A DNA stretch of 64,000 nucleotides, from NCBI RefSeq assembly GCF_009914755.1, contig NC_060948.1. The stretch is one strand, 5' to 3'. This document shows positions 42,745 through 58,687 of the stretch, one piece after another. Under the pieces are notes generated by a model. That model saw only the letters and a list, made by a program, of their open reading frames with translations, had not been told where the DNA came from and searched no databases. Position 1 is the first letter of the stretch. Each line of letters begins with the position of its first letter. The translations under genes were made by a program, and so were the position numbers. This DNA is from the human T2T-CHM13v2.0 reference genome, Homo sapiens.

Positions 42745-43026
42745 TTGATGCAGTGGCTCATGCCTGTAATCCTGACACTTTGGGAGGTCGAGGTGGGTGG
42801 ATCACGAGGTCAGGAGTTCAAGACCAGCCTGGCCAACATAGTGAAACCCCGTCTCTACTAAGAATACAAAAACATAGCTGGGGGTGGTGGCAGGTGTCCG
42901 TAATTCCAGCTACTTGGGAGGCTGAGGCAGGAGAATCGCTTGAACCCGGAGGCGGAGGTTGGAAAGAGCTGAGATCACGCCACTGAACTCCAGCCTGGGT
43001 GACAAGAGGGAAACTCTGTCTCCAAA
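42745..43026 (+). mobile_element. Alu SINE (AluSg-like), very short tail
   Basis: 13-bp TSD aaagaattccatc at 42728-42740 and 43027-43039. Confidence 0.93.
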
Positions 43027-43869
43027 AAAGAATTCCATCCCGCCTCTTGCCTCGTTAAAGAATTAAACAAAATTAGAAATCGCAAATTTATATGTGAAAA
43101 GGCCACTTGGTCCTTGGATATAATAGCTGAAAATACTTGATAATGAACTTCAATGTAAAGTTTTTACTTCATTGTCCGACACTACACAACAAGTCACAAA
43201 GGCGTAACTGGGTGATACTGACCTTTTTGTATGGTACAAGCCAAGAAAGTAAAGAGAAGAAGGAGTTATAGAAAGAAATACTCAGTTTTGCAGGCCTACC
43301 TTGAAGGACTGTCAAAAACAAAAACAGAAACAAATCATCATAGCGTAAGGCATTTTTCATAACAGTTGGCCTTTTCTGGGAGGTTCACACATATACTAGG
43401 CCCTCATTTATCTTTGCTGAAAGTCAGTCCTATGGAAAACCCAAAACAATATAATGATGCCTAAAAAATATTATGACTTAGGCTACATTCATTCAAATTC
43501 GTGAAGAAAAGAAGAAACTGAATTTTCCTCAAGTATTTTAAAAGAAATAAAGTTTTATTAGTTCTATACATTACGCACTGCAGGCTAACCAAAGGTAATT
43601 GAGTAGACTTCTTTGGCTTGTTTAAGAGAATGTTAATTTGTTGTTGATGCACTGTATCAAACAACTATTACTAAAGTTTTTTAAAAATACTTATCCAGTG
43701 AATTTATTCCACTTAAATGTTACTTCATTCAGTATTCACTAAATACTTACTGTGGACAATACAGCCAGCCAATGTGATAAGCACACAATATATACATCAG
43801 TGAATAAAAAGCATAAACCTAAGGTACCAACTAAACAACAACATCACAATCAGTGTCACTCTATGGGGC

Positions 43870-44000
43870 ACTGGACACTTTGTAAGTTTGACCTTTTAAT
43901 CTAAAAACAATCTACTTGGCAAGGTAGGTACTTTATATCCCAACTTCACAGGTAACTAAAGAAAGTTAAGAGGGTTAAGTGTATTTCCCAAGGTCAGGAA
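43870..44000 (-). mobile_element. MIR fragment
   Basis: aggtaggtact...tatcccaacttcacag...gaggggttaagt...cccaaggtca resembles the MIR core. Confidence 0.55.
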
Positions 44001-47000
44001 AGATGGCAACTGATGGACGGAGTACGTGAACTCAGACAACCTGATGTCGAAGTCCGAGCTCTGAACCTGGGCAATCTACCATCCCTCATCTCAATCCCAG
44101 AATAACAGATCCTAAATTCTGAATTAGCCATGTTCAAATTATGTGGACCTTCCTGCCCACCCCCCGCAACCAAAAAAGGGCTCCAATGCAAGATTTACCT
44201 CCTTTTAAACGAATGCCCATTCCATGAATGTCCATACAGTACGCCTTCTGTGTTAAGTGGTAACAGCCACGCTGGGATTAAAGAAATGCGGTAGATAATG
44301 TGTAAGTCTGATAATTAAGTCACTGTGTGTACACTTGAATGTGTGCACAAAAGGTATGGGTAATTAAGTCGCTATCTGATATCTCCCAGCATCATCTATG
44401 GTTCTAATAAGAAAAGAAGACATAATTACTCATCCTCAGTAAGTTTTTATTAAAAAGGAGGAGAAATAGCTTCTTGTTACTTTTAATCCATTTTTAGGAA
44501 AATAAATTTGGTGGAGGGTGGGCAATCTCAATGGCAAGTGGAACCTAAGATGAAGTTAATTTCTCTTCAGCCCTTCTGCTGCTGTACTGTCGGGGAAGGC
44601 ATGAATAAAGGGTAGTGAGTAGCAAACAACTTATGAGTACAGACCAGGAATCAGAGAGAAATTCCAGGTGTTTTTCCTCCAGCTGGTCACATTTGACAAT
44701 GAAACAATGAGAGGGATATGGTATTAAACGATAAATAACTTGGCCCCCACATTCACAGCAATAATGGAATTGTGCATTCTCCAAGGTAACTAGTAGTATG
44801 CATCCTTAGCTATTCCACATTCAGAACTAGCACTTAGAAAGTAGGCTGTTAGGGACACAAATGATACAGCGACATTATCATCTATGTGGAGCCATAACAA
44901 TATGTCGAGCCCAGCTAACCATCACCTGAAACACTTTAACATCCCTATCACCCCCAACTCTAAGGAATCTCTGTTATCTGGCTTAACTTTAAGGACAATT
45001 TTCCAAGTTTTAATAAAACAGCTGAGGAACCAAAATGAATCAATGTTATTAACCCAAAATAGTACTTATAGCTACATATACTACCTAGAAACTCATTTGG
45101 TATAAGTAACAGCTGAAACACCTATGTAACTTTAGGAAACCAAAAGCACGTTTTCCTCTACTGTATGAATGACGGCAATGCAAGAATACACACTGAATTT
45201 CCATGGAGAATATTACAGGAGTGAGTTTGCTTACTTATCTGTGAATAAAGAAAGGTACTAACTGCTACAAGGAACCACTTACTATACAAGGAACTCCTCA
45301 GTGTTATACTGAATGAAAATTACTGTCTCCATGACCTTGTTAGCATTCTCAGACTCCATGATTATTTCCAGATGGCAAATTATTTGTATTATACTTCTTA
45401 ATGCCTGGGTTTCTATAAAAATATGATTTTATTGTTTTTCATAAACACACAAAAGAAATCATTTCTTTTAGAACTAAAAGTGAATGCCCTTCTTGTCAAT
45501 CCTATTCAGAATGTTCTCCAAAGAAGACTGACATCCAATAATGCCACAAGTTGTCTGTCACTTAGAATCTAAGATCACTGAGAGAATGAACAATATTTTA
45601 TACTTCTTCAGTCTCCCTTTAGGTGCTGAGTTCCATAAAGAACACAAAGTAGGTATTCAGTAAATGCCCCTGATTATAGCCCAAAACATTCCTATTTGCA
45701 CTCTGTGATATAATGCTCCTCAATGATATTGACTTATTCAGAACAAAACCCTCAAAGTAACTAAGTCACATGGTGACCTATAAAAGCTATGGGAGGGCAG
45801 CAGAAGGGTTGGAGATGTTAACCTAGGCTCTTTCCATTGCAATTGATGAAGATCCACTCAAGCTAGCCCAGATGAGAGCTCTCTACTCAGAGCGAACAGG
45901 ATAATCTAAGAATCCTGTGGGAAGAACATCAGTGCAGTGGGACCCAGGGGAGTCAAGGAAGAGACGGCTGTGCACACACTTCCCTTGGCAGTCTGCTGCC
46001 CTTCCCACAGCTTCCCTGTCCTCTGCTTTTCCCAGTTTCCTACCCTAGCAAGTGAGCTTGCCTATGTCAGCCCTAACCTTGCTCTTGTCATTCAGGTAAT
46101 TCTTTTTTTATTTTTAATTTTTACAGATATATTAGGGGTAATTCTTGAATTATCCATTCACCTTTCCCCTCTACTAACTGCCTCAGTCTCTCAGTTTCTC
46201 AACTCTAAATTCTAAAAATGAAATTTGGCTCAATTAATCTTTTCATGCCAGGCCACAAGGATCACAGACTGCCATTCCAAATTATTAGTCCTTCAAAAAG
46301 CTAAATAAAGACTTTGCCAGCTATTTTACTATATAGTTCAGAAATCTACGGTGCAAAGCGACCTTTTTAATCAACAATACTTCTTTCTCCTGCTTCTAAG
46401 TATGCACTGTCCATAATTCTACCCAGCCTCTTCTGCTCACCTGAGCTCCTGCTTTTGACTAGTTGTTCCATAAATACTTTGGTCAGCGCATTTAAACAAA
46501 ATCAGACATCTCCGTTTGTAAATAAGCCCAATCAAATGAATACTTCCTAAGAGAATGAAAGCTTCCTAATAGAATACATAATTCCTACCTTTAAAACCTC
46601 AGCTCAGTTAGGAACTTAGTTGCTTGATACTATCATAGCCTCCACGTACCCTGTGGAAGTACGGGCTCAAAATACACCTACTAGTGTAGGATGGTGGTGT
46701 CCCTGTGTGTTTTGATGGTTGAATATTAATAAAGCAGAAGCCATGGACCCTATCCCCGTAGGCAAGATAACCACACAACCTCACAACCTATCATCCACAC
46801 TCAGACATTTTTGAGAGTGAAAGGGGAGGCTGTTTAATAGTCTGGCAGGACAACAGACAGGGATCAGGACATAGAGGCAGCTGTGTTCTATACCACAGAC
46901 TCGATTCTAAGGGAATGCAGCAGCAGAGTTGAGAAGACAACCCAGGTCCCCACATAAAACACAAAGACCCTTCTCCTTATCTCATATAGAGCTATTTCAT

Positions 47001-48797
47001 GAAATGTGACCTAAGGCCCTCGGTTCAATAAGCTGCCATTATTCTAGTCTCAGTGACTGGCGGTACATGTCTCCTCCTCCCCACGCCTCACCTCATTAGC
47101 TTTTGTTGTCTTTAACATCGTAATCATACCTACTAATGTGTATCATAAAGGGCATTCACCCAGTTATTTTTACAGTGCCCAAACATACTTTATACACAAA
47201 ATTTCACCACGGCAAAGGGATTCTCATTTATAGTATAAACAATGAAACACGTCTCTCAATTATAACCCCAAACCAACTTTTTATTTTGTGATTATTAAAA
47301 AGATAAAATACCTAATTACTCAACATTTCAAAGCTATCGGGTTTTTTTTTCTTTCATTGCTCCACTAGTCATGTTATTTGCTGTGAGCAAAATCAAATTC
47401 AATTTCTTCTTCTTTTTAAAATCTCACAGAGAAACAAAGCTTATTTCCTTCTGCTCATCTTTTTCCCTTACAGCTTCAGTAAACTGAAGGAGAAAAAAAT
47501 CTTGATCATTCTCATCTATTTGATTATCTTTTAATAAGTACAGAGAAGTAAGAAAATAAGACAGTGGAAATAACTATATTTATTCCCAGAGCAAATATTT
47601 CATCATCTGTTGTTCTTACACAACAACTATGAGGATGTGCTGAATACAGAACCTCAAACAAAAACATGAGAAACAGCAGTGTGTGATTTAGAAAAAGGTA
47701 TCTAAACATACTGCACCCTACTTCCCACATATTTTTGTAGATAGCTTTAATGTGTTGTATTAGACCAATACTGACAACAGAAGCTTCAGCTTCTATTGCT
47801 GTTAACACCCTGAGCAATTACCGTAACTCAGCAGGAACCTCTGCCCAGAACAGCAACTATCACATTGTAATCAGCATTTCATAAGAGATGCTGTTCAAAC
47901 AGGAAGGCACCTGTTAATGTGCAAAAACTGTACAAAGGGGGCTCAAGATCTAATAGGTAAAATAAAAATATTTACAATTTTATTTCACAGCTATATATTT
48001 TTCATGGTGCACTGATGTTTGGTTTTGTGAAAATCACACACAAAGACAATGGGCAGGAAAAGGGCAGTAGCAGCAGCCACTACCAAAACAAAACTCTTCA
48101 GGAATAAGGCTATACCCGTATTTCAGGTGTCAGTGCTGTATCTGTTAAAAAAAAAAAAAAAAACACTTTGGAAGGAAAGATATAATAAGTAGCAAAGACC
48201 TCTAAAAATGGTTTTAAAAAATTCATATAGACATAAAAATTGGATAGAAAGCATTTGATTTACAAGATTAAACTGCAAGGCCGCCTTGCAATGCAACCAG
48301 GAAAGTTAAAAGTCACCTATCAAGAATAGATCCATCTTATAAGTAAATAGCACATTTGACTTCATCTTAAAACAGTAGGCATGCAATAACTTAAGCAATA
48401 ACTTTTTAACAAAGAAAAATAATGTGACTTTTTTTTTTTTACTGAATATACTAATTTGGTACTTGGGCCATTAAAAATGATAAAAAACAAAGGAGATGCA
48501 GAGAAAGATCTTTTCAAACTACATTTCTTTAGACTGAAATATCACATACAACATAGTCAAAACAAATATTGTCAAATTACAAAGGGTGTTGGAAATAAGA
48601 GCATTCACAGATAGTGATACACATCTCTACAAAGCTAAGGAATTAGGAATTCTCTACCCTTAAGAGTACAGACAGTGGTTCACAATCTTCAAAGTACTAG
48701 GGTCCCTTGTAAGATCAAAATGTTTCAAAAGACTCCCAAATGATACTACTTCAGTAGTATTTCAAATACCAATTGTTTGAGGAAAATAACAAACAAA

Positions 48798-49348
<551 letters not shown>

Positions 49349-49895
49349 GCCCTAAAAAAGCGATTTCATAATGAGGAACATCAACACTTATATATTCAGG
49401 AAGAATTTTTAACGAGAAAGTACAGCAGCTATGTCCTCAGTTCTGCAACACATGCACTAAAACTGGAAAGAAAGTACAACAGCTTTACCATGCCCAAGCC
49501 AGACTTCTTTCAACCGCTACCCCGGGAAACCCCCACAACAATTTCAACATATACTCCACACCTACCGAAATATTGAAGGAAGTGACAGATTTCCACTGGA
49601 AACTATTCTCTGACCCATTTATATTATTTCCCCTACTCATCAATTTACTGAATTTACTTTACTTTAGGCTCTTAACAATGGCTAAGAAGAAACAACCTAC
49701 TTCAGAAATTCAAGGGACTATCTGAAATTGTCAAAACAGTTACTAAAGGGATAAAAACTTCAGAAATATTGTTTACAATATAAGCATTATGAGAGTAAGT
49801 GTTACAAAGCTGAAAAGATGGAACTAGTAACCCTCGTTTCAGTGCTACTGCCACGAGACAGTTAGCACTCAAAAGGTGAACTGGTAACCACGTCA

Positions 49896-50159
<264 letters not shown>

Positions 50160-50784
50160 TTATCGTAAATTTTTTTCCAAAAGATGATATTAAATTGCAA
50201 ATATCTTTAGGCTAAAGGAAAACAGCCCTTTGGTTCTTTCTGATTATTTTTCTAATAATTTAAAGAATCTGATGAAGCCTAAATTATTTTCTTCAGAGTC
50301 CCTGAAGAAGAAGGGAGGATTCCAAGGGATTATCCATATTCAGATGAAGACATTTAGATAAAAGAAACCGCTTGCTCGAGATCACACATCAAGATGAAAT
50401 ATTGAGTATCTTATTCAGATAGATGCTCACATGTCTTCAAAAAAGAGAAACGTGCTACTATATTTGTAATAAATATTTTGTGAGGAAATAAATGAAATAC
50501 GCAAAGATGACTAGCTTGAATATGCTACTACAATGACCTTTTCAGCTCATCAAAAAGAGAAAGAAAACTAACCTCTTACAGACAATTTGCCATTACATTG
50601 TACCCTAAACACATTTTATTTTCTAATTGTAAACAAAACCAATGCCACTAATCAGAGATGGAATAAAGTAAACCAAATTGCATTTTCTTCAGGGAAGAGG
50701 GGTGCTTTCTTAAATTACATTTGACATGGCAGTGGTTGGAAAATAATTTTTGATGCTCTCAATGACTGGAGTGTAAAGCATTGC

Positions 50785-50884
50785 TTTTTTTTTTGGCTGG
50801 TCTCCAACTCCTGGGCTCAAGCAATCCTCCCACCTCAGCCACCCAAAGTGTCAGGATTACAGGCATGAGCCACCATGCTTGGCC
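50785..50884 (-). mobile_element. Alu monomer fragment (FLAM/AluJ)
   Basis: ggctggtctccaactcctgggctcaagcaatcc...gagccaccatgcttggcc. Confidence 0.85.
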
Positions 50885-51114
50885 AAGGTTGCTTTTTAAA
50901 ATGCCATGTTAAGACACTTTAATAAAAAGCAATGATTTTAAGGAAAGCAGTGGCTATAGAGAGAGTTAACCTCCTCCTACCCCCATATCACAACCTGAGA
51001 TCATCATAAAGCTTAGGTCAGGAAAGTCTATGTATTATTTACTGAAAAGTAAAGGCACAGTCAATCAAATCTAGTAACGGTGACCATAATGCCTCATTCA
51101 TTCATTCATTTTGC

Positions 51115-51200
51115 ATAGAAAGGGCCTCACTATGTTGCCCAGGCTAGTCTCAAACTCTTGGGCTCAAGCTATCCCCCTGCCTTGGCCTCCCAAAGTGCTG
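51115..51200 (-). mobile_element. Alu monomer fragment (FLAM/AluJ), cut at an L1 junction
   Basis: ctcactatgttgcccaggctagtc...cccaaagtgctg stops abruptly. Confidence 0.85.
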
Positions 51201-51332
51201 ATCTACCTAATGCTAAATGACGAGTTAATGGGTGCAGCATACCAACATGGCACATGGATACATATGTAACAAACCTGCACAATGTGCACATGTACCCTAA
51301 AACTTAAAGTATAATAATAATAGTAAAAAAAA
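51201..51332 (+). mobile_element. Very short L1PA 3' end
   Basis: acctaatgctaaatgacgagttaatgggtgcagca...cctaaaacttaaagtataataat plus A tail. Confidence 0.92.
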
Positions 51333-51643
51333 GAGTTAACATATTTTGTTCCTTTCCCATGATTTAGATGTGCGTACACCCTAAACAAGCAATCTGTGGT
51401 AACTCTGAGAGATTCCTCAGTTGCTAAGAAATTCTTACTGCCCAATAGCTGAGTCTAAATCAAAGATAAATACAGACAGTACTGTAACCTACACACATCA
51501 TTTAATCCTTACAGCAGATTTCTAACTGCTCTAAAACCTCCATTCTGATCAATTTATATCACACAAATACCTTCTCAGTTAATCTTCAACCAAGAAATTG
51601 TAGTTGTGAATGCAAATTTGTCTGTATTAAGTTCTAGCACTGA

Positions 51644-51947
51644 CTTTTTTTTGTGGCGGGGGAGGGGTGGAGATAGGATTTTGCTCTGCTGCACAGGCTG
51701 GAGTGCTATGATGTGAAAGGGCTTACTGCAGGCTTGCCCTCCTGAGCTCTAGGGATTCTTCTACCTCAGCCTCCTGAGTAGCTGGGACTACGGTCTCATC
51801 ACACTCCCAGCTAATTTTTTACTGTTTTGTAGAGACACAGTCTCACTATGTTACCCAGGTGGGTCTCCACATTGCTCAAGCAATCCTCCCGCTGCCTCAG
51901 CCTCTCAAAGTGCTGGGATTACAGTCATGAGCCACTGCGCTCAGCCC
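51644..51947 (-). mobile_element. AluJ SINE
   Basis: Diverged antisense dimer. Confidence 0.88.
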
Positions 51948-52228
51948 CACTGCCATCTTTTGAAATTTAAAAAACTCCTATGTGGGAGAATGAAAATCTG
52001 GAACTTGATGTGAAGTTCAGAACAGTAACAGCATTCCTCAGTAAAATGATTGTTCCAGATTACGGACATAACACAGTGAAGTATTTTCATCTCTTTCTCA
52101 GAAAAACATAAAAATGTTAATCTGCTAATTACATCTCATACGAAATTCATGTCACTCTTCACAGTAAAAGTAACTTAAACAAAATGATTTCACCTAGGTT
52201 TTACTGTCTTCTGTAAGAAAATATCGTG

Positions 52229-52628
52229 TTTTTTTTTTTTTTTTTTGAGACAGGGTCTTACTCTGTTGCCCAGGCTAGAATGCAGTGGTGCAATCATGGC
52301 TCACTACAGCCTCGACCTCCCAGACTCAAGTGATGCTCCTGCCTCAGCCTCCTGAGTGGCTGGGACTTACTCTGTTGCCCAGGCTAGAATGCAGTGGTGC
52401 AATCATGGCTCACTACAGCCTCAACCTCCCAGACTCAAGTGATGCTCCTGCCTCAGCCTCCTGAGTAGCTGGGGCTACAGGTGTATGCCACCAGGCCCAG
52501 CTAATTTGTAAAAATTTTTTGTAGAGATGAGGTCTCACTATGTTGCCCAGGCTGGTCTTGAACTCCTGGGCTCAAGCAATCCTTCTGTCTCCGCCTCCCA
52601 AAGTGCTGGGATTACACTGTGCCCAGCC
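52229..52628 (-). mobile_element. AluJ SINE with internal 109-bp tandem duplication
   Basis: Right-arm segment repeated at 52257-52365 and 52366-52474. Confidence 0.92.
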
Positions 52629-52842
52629 TAAAAAAGGTGTCTTAATACACACAATACATCAAATGAAAAGGAAAGGCTTTGCTAGTGTTCAACAGGTTTT
52701 GACTCACTTGTTTCCCTGATCTCATCTAAAAGTTGAGTCTGTCTTTTTTTGAGCAATGCTATAAGCCACAATATACTGGCATGACCATAATACATTTTTG
52801 GAAACACCAAGCAGGTTAGATGACTTCTTCTATTATCGTTGA

Positions 52843-53223
<381 letters not shown>

Positions 53224-53736
53224 TAAAAAGTACCTCTCTAGAGTCTGGTCGATCCTGTCCCAAGGTAAAATTTCCTGTTTCTAAGAATCTTAAGGTTTAC
53301 TTGTCTCCACCAAACAGTCAATTCTGCAGGGTCACCACAGTCTCATTTATGATTGAAGCTAAACAATGTTAAAATGAGCAGACTTATCTATAAACCTTAG
53401 TGCCTTTGTCCAGTTACCTTCTTATGAAATATTTCTGACAGAAATATGATATCTGTCATTAATTTTAATATTTTAAAATCATTATGAACAATCAATATCT
53501 TTGGTTATTTTTCTTTTCTTTGTTTCTGAATTGCCAATTAATAGCCTTTGTTCAGTAGGGTAATCATCTTTTTCTTATTGTAGTAGGGGAACCTCCTATA
53601 GAGTAGGGCTTTTAAAACTAATATAGGCAGCAAATATTTTTTCCCACTTCACTTTCTGTCTCTGTTTATAGTGTCTTTTACTTAGAGATTTTAAATTTTA
53701 TATAATTAAATTTGATGATTTTTATCTTTATGGTAT

Positions 53737-54272
53737 TGTCAGAGACATTTGAACCAGAGAAACTTCATCTTGAATAGGGGCTGGGTAAAATGAGGCTGAG
53801 ACCTACTGGGCTGCATTCCCAGACGATTAAGGCATTTTAAGTCACTGAATGAGATAGGAGGTTGGCACAAGATACAGGTCATAAAGACCTTGCTGATAAA
53901 GCAGGTTGCAGTGAAGAAGCTGGCTAAAACCCACAAAACCAAGATGGCCGTGAGAGTGTCCTCTGCTCATCCTCACTGCTACACTCCCACCAACACCATA
54001 ACAGTTTACAAACGCCATGGCAAAGTCAGGAAGTTACAACATATGGTCTAAAAAGGGCAGGCATGAATAATCCACCTCTTGTTTAGCATATAAACAAGAA
54101 ATAACCAAAAAAATGGGCAACCAGCTTCTTTGTCTATGGAGTAGCTATTCTTTTATTCCTTTACTTTCTTAATAAACTTGCTTTCACTTTATGGACTCTC
54201 CCTGAACTCTTTATTGCATGAGATCCAAGAACCCTCTCTTGGGGTCTGAATCAGGACCCCTTTCTACTAACG
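53737..54272 (+). mobile_element. Solo LTR, MER41A-like (ERV1), inserted in an old antisense L1M
   Basis: Starts tgtcagagacatttgaaccagag, ends taacg, 4-bp TSD GTAT; lacks the tandem GAS segment of MER41B. Confidence 0.85.
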
Positions 54273-54900
54273 GTATCACACTTGGAAAGGCTTTTCCTAT
54301 ATAAAGATTACAAAATATTCTCTTCTGCTAACTTTTATGGTAAAACACTTTTCTCTTACAAATTGTAATCCAACTGAAATCCATTTGTTTTTGGTATGGC
54401 TGAAGGGAAGGATATAATTGCTCAAACAGATAATCAACTGTCCTAATGATCACTTATTGAATAATTATTTCCTCACTGAGATGAAGTCACCTTATACATG
54501 TGATTTTTTGGAGGGGCTATGGATTGTGTTCCATAGGCCTCTTTGTTTATTCTTGAGCTAGTGCTTCACTCTTTTAATTGGTACAGTTTCACAGCATATT
54601 TTGAAGTCTGTGGGAAAAAGTTTCCTTTCACAAATGGCTATTATAATACAAGAGAGTTCACAAAAGATTATGGCAAAATACCACTCTCCAACAATTTTGC
54701 AAAACTAAGTAATTTTCTGCTAGGTTAGAAGTAAATGATTTGTCCTCAGCTGCTGCCTGGTGAGAGGGCAAGCAGAGGAAGAACATATGTAAAATTTAGA
54801 ATATATTAATAAGGCAGAACCAGCTCAATACTAAACAAATTATAAGGAAACTCATTTGGCCTATAGTCCCATAACTATGTCTTCTCCCAATCTCTTAATT

Positions 54901-54962
54901 TCTTAATTTCATCAGAGTAACAGTAGAAAATCTCTTAATTTCATCAGAGTAACAGTAGAAAA
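54901..54962. repeat. Tandem duplication, 32-bp period
   Basis: tcttaatttcatcagagtaacagtagaaaa twice. Confidence 0.9.
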
Positions 54963-56789
54963 AGAAAGATTCCAACTTTTGGCTCTATAGTCTATTATTT
55001 TTTATTTAGTTTCTTCTTTCAGAAGATCAGTTTTGTACCCTTAGATACGAGGTGAAAAACTGCAGAGGGTCATTCCCCCAATTTTGATGTCCTTCTTTAA
55101 TTTTTCAGCAATTGCAAAACAGGTCTTTAGTTTGTTCATTCAACAAACTACTAAGGAGCATCATCTAGGTATAAGGTATTTTGTTGGATCCACTATTAAA
55201 TAACAGTATCTAACCTCAATCTGAACCATCAGATTAGATTAATTGCTCTTCTCTGTGCTCAGAATACCTGTCTGTACTTCTGATGGGCACTTATTATGTT
55301 CTGCTGAAATGATCTGTCTCTCTAGTGGCTTGTTAGCTAATTGAAGGTAAGGATACTGTCTTATTCATGTTGTTTCCCTAATACCGAGCATGGTGCCTGG
55401 TACACTGGTGCTTTAAAAAAATTAATCTAGTGGAAGTCTACAAGGTGAACTGGAAAGAGGAGAATCTGGAAACAGGAAGGTAAATTGAAAAGCTTGTTCC
55501 ACTGTTTTGGGCAGGAGGTAATAAAAGTCTGAATTATTGTGGTGGCAGTGGAAATGAAAATGACGGAAAGGATGTGAGAAACATTACTGAATTATTATAT
55601 AAAGCTAAGTTTAATTAGACATGCATTCACTTACAAGTATTAAGCATGCATATATAACAGGGAGAGTTCTTACTTAGAAAGTCTTTCATGCTAGAGAAAG
55701 GAGACAAAAACAAAAACAAAAAAAGAAAAAAGAAAAGAAAACAGCATTAGCAAGAGACTGATTTGTATTATTTCCATCTATAAATGCACTTTTGAAATCA
55801 GATGGCTGAACTTCACAGCTGGAGGTGGGGGTGCCATTTAAGAAAAGCAATCAAATTGACTACACAAAGGTGACTTAGCCCTAGTTCACACTTCTTTGTA
55901 TGCCATGACTCACTAGATTTGAGGCATTAGGGATAGCATCTTTTTAAACTAGAAGTTAGCAAAATGTAAAATGATCAAAAACTGCCCCCAACTCCCCGCC
56001 CAACTAACTAGCCAAGCTTGTGTTCTAGGAGTGACTATCACAGACTTTCTATGTGACATTTGGCCTCTCTGGATCTCAACATTCATTCTATTAATTTCCT
56101 TCGTTCACAAACTCCCAACCTTGCCCTGAGTGAATGCTGCAACTACAAATATTAAAACTCAGGAGACTTCCTCAGTTTCTCCTAGGTTGCTAGTGAAAGT
56201 AGAAGAGTAAGGGAGATGGGAGAAAGTCCCATCCTAGTCCCTAGGATGCTGGTTAAAAAAAAAAAAAGTAGGTACTCTGAGGTCTCAAAAGGAGTTTTAT
56301 AGATACAACCAGTAAGCTTGGTCATTGTAAACAAATCAAACAACAAAAAGTGCTTATGTCTGTGTTTGACATTTACTTTTTACTGTAGATGACCTTTACC
56401 CTCCTATCCCTTCTTTTTTTTTTTTTTTTAAGAACTCTGGCAAATAAAAATTCAATTGATTTAAATGTACTTAATTATTTCCCTTTCTGAAGGGTTAAAG
56501 AACCACAAAATCTTCAAGACAGACAAGAGGAGGAAGAGAACCAAAGGTCCAATAATCTACAAAATGGATAATGAATCCTTGAACTTCTGAGAAGTCACTC
56601 AATGACACTGCTTTGCACTAAACAGTCCCTGGAAGCCACTGGTTTGTCAAACAACATAGCAGGACAACCCAACACACCACACCCTACAGCTGTCCAGGAG
56701 AGGTATACAGTGACAGCACATATGACTAAAGAGGACTGAAAAGAGTCACCTTGATAAACATGACATTTCCTCATGGAATCTCTCTTTAA

Positions 56790-56963
56790 ATCAAGGGTTA
56801 TACTCATCAGAATAATCCTGCACACTTTTGCAAAATGTACATGTCCTAACCTCAGTACTGGAGATTCTGTTTCAGTAGGTCTAGAATGCAGCTTTCCTAT
56901 ATGTATTTTTAAAAAGTAACCCAGGTGATTCTGCTGTACAGCCCTGGTTAAATACCGCTGGAC
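56790..56963. mobile_element. MER5-type DNA transposon
   Basis: catcagaat...gagattctgtttcagtaggtct...ccaggtgattctg. Confidence 0.65.
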
Positions 56964-57282
56964 TAAATGAAGGTTTTTTGAACATGGAGACATGCCCCCA
57001 TTTGAGGTGGGGGAATCATTAGGACTCATTAAGAAAAGTATATGGTATATTCTCATACATTGAGGTGAGAATCCTGAAAGTTGGAAATCTAAAATTCAGG
57101 ACAATTCCAGGCATTTTTCCTGTCCCACATTTATATATCTAATCTCCAGTGGCACTTACATGTATACCCCACACTTTCATTGCCTACTTTCTCAACTTAC
57201 CTGAAGTTTTTTTTTCTTGATATCTTTTTTTTCAAAAAAGAAACTAAATTTTAATCACCTCTCAAGAACTAACACATATACA

Positions 57283-57585
57283 GGGCTGGGTGCAGTGGCT
57301 CACACCTGTAATACCAGCACTCTGGAGGCAGGAGGATCACTTGAGCCCAGGAGTTCAAGACCAGTCTGGGCAACATGGCGGGACCCCATCTCTACAAAAT
57401 AATTTTTAAGAAGTTAGCTGGGCATAGTGGTGTGCACCTGTGATCCATGCTACATGGAAAGCCAAGGCAGGAGGATCACTTGAACATGAGAGGTCGAGGC
57501 TGCAGTGAGCTGTGTTCATGCCACTGCACTTGAGCCTGGGTGACAGAGTGACGCCTTGTCTCAAAACAAAACAAACAAAAAAAAG
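57283..57585 (+). mobile_element. AluJ SINE
   Basis: ggaggatcacttgagcccaggagttc AluJ-type dimer. Confidence 0.92.
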
Positions 57586-58391
57586 TATGCAAGTGAAGCT
57601 GAGATCCTGGGCTATGGGTTATGTCACTCATTAGCTTTGTGAGAAGACCTAGCATCTGGGTGGATTAAAATTCATGGTCCAGGAAAACTATTTATTGTGA
57701 CATGTCAAATACTTGTGAATAATTCAGCCTGAACTCCATACCAGCAAATGCAAAACATCTGTTGTATTTAAGAGCCCACTGTGTGCAGAGCCCTGTAGAG
57801 GAGGCACTGAGGAAGAAGCAGAATAAGTTGCACGACAGAACCAGGAGAGCACTGTGAACATAATTAACAAGTTCGCCTGAAGCAATGTAGGGAAAACATG
57901 AGAATATGTGCTATGGAGATAACAGTGGTAACCCATTGGCTTCAGCTAAGAAAACCTCCTAAAAGATAGGAGTTTTGGGAAGATCATATTAGAGAAACAC
58001 ATACAAACACATATTTTTTTCCTGATAACAAAGATCCAGAAGAGATACATACATTCTTTTAAAAAACATATTGTTATGGAGGGAACATTTCCCTAAAATT
58101 CCATCTTATTCCTAATTATATTTTTAGTACCTACAGGGCCAGAACACAATAGGTGTTCAATAAACACTAACTGAACTGAATTGTTAATGCTCTGAGAAGT
58201 GTGATGGCCTTGGCTAGACCTGATTTCTAATTTCTGCTCTGACATCTAGCAATGTGACCTTGGCAAGTTACCACTTATTCTAACAGTAAGAATTAACTGT
58301 GATAACTACAAGGAAGTGAACTCTTAAAATGTCAGCTTCCCCGCCACCATTCCTCTGCTTTCATTTTTTAAATTGTAAGAATATTTTATTA

Positions 58392-58687
<296 letters not shown>

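Noticed and set aside
53737-54272. MER41 as an interferon-gamma-inducible enhancer
   Set aside because: The tandem STAT1 GAS segment of MER41B is absent; this copy is MER41A-like.
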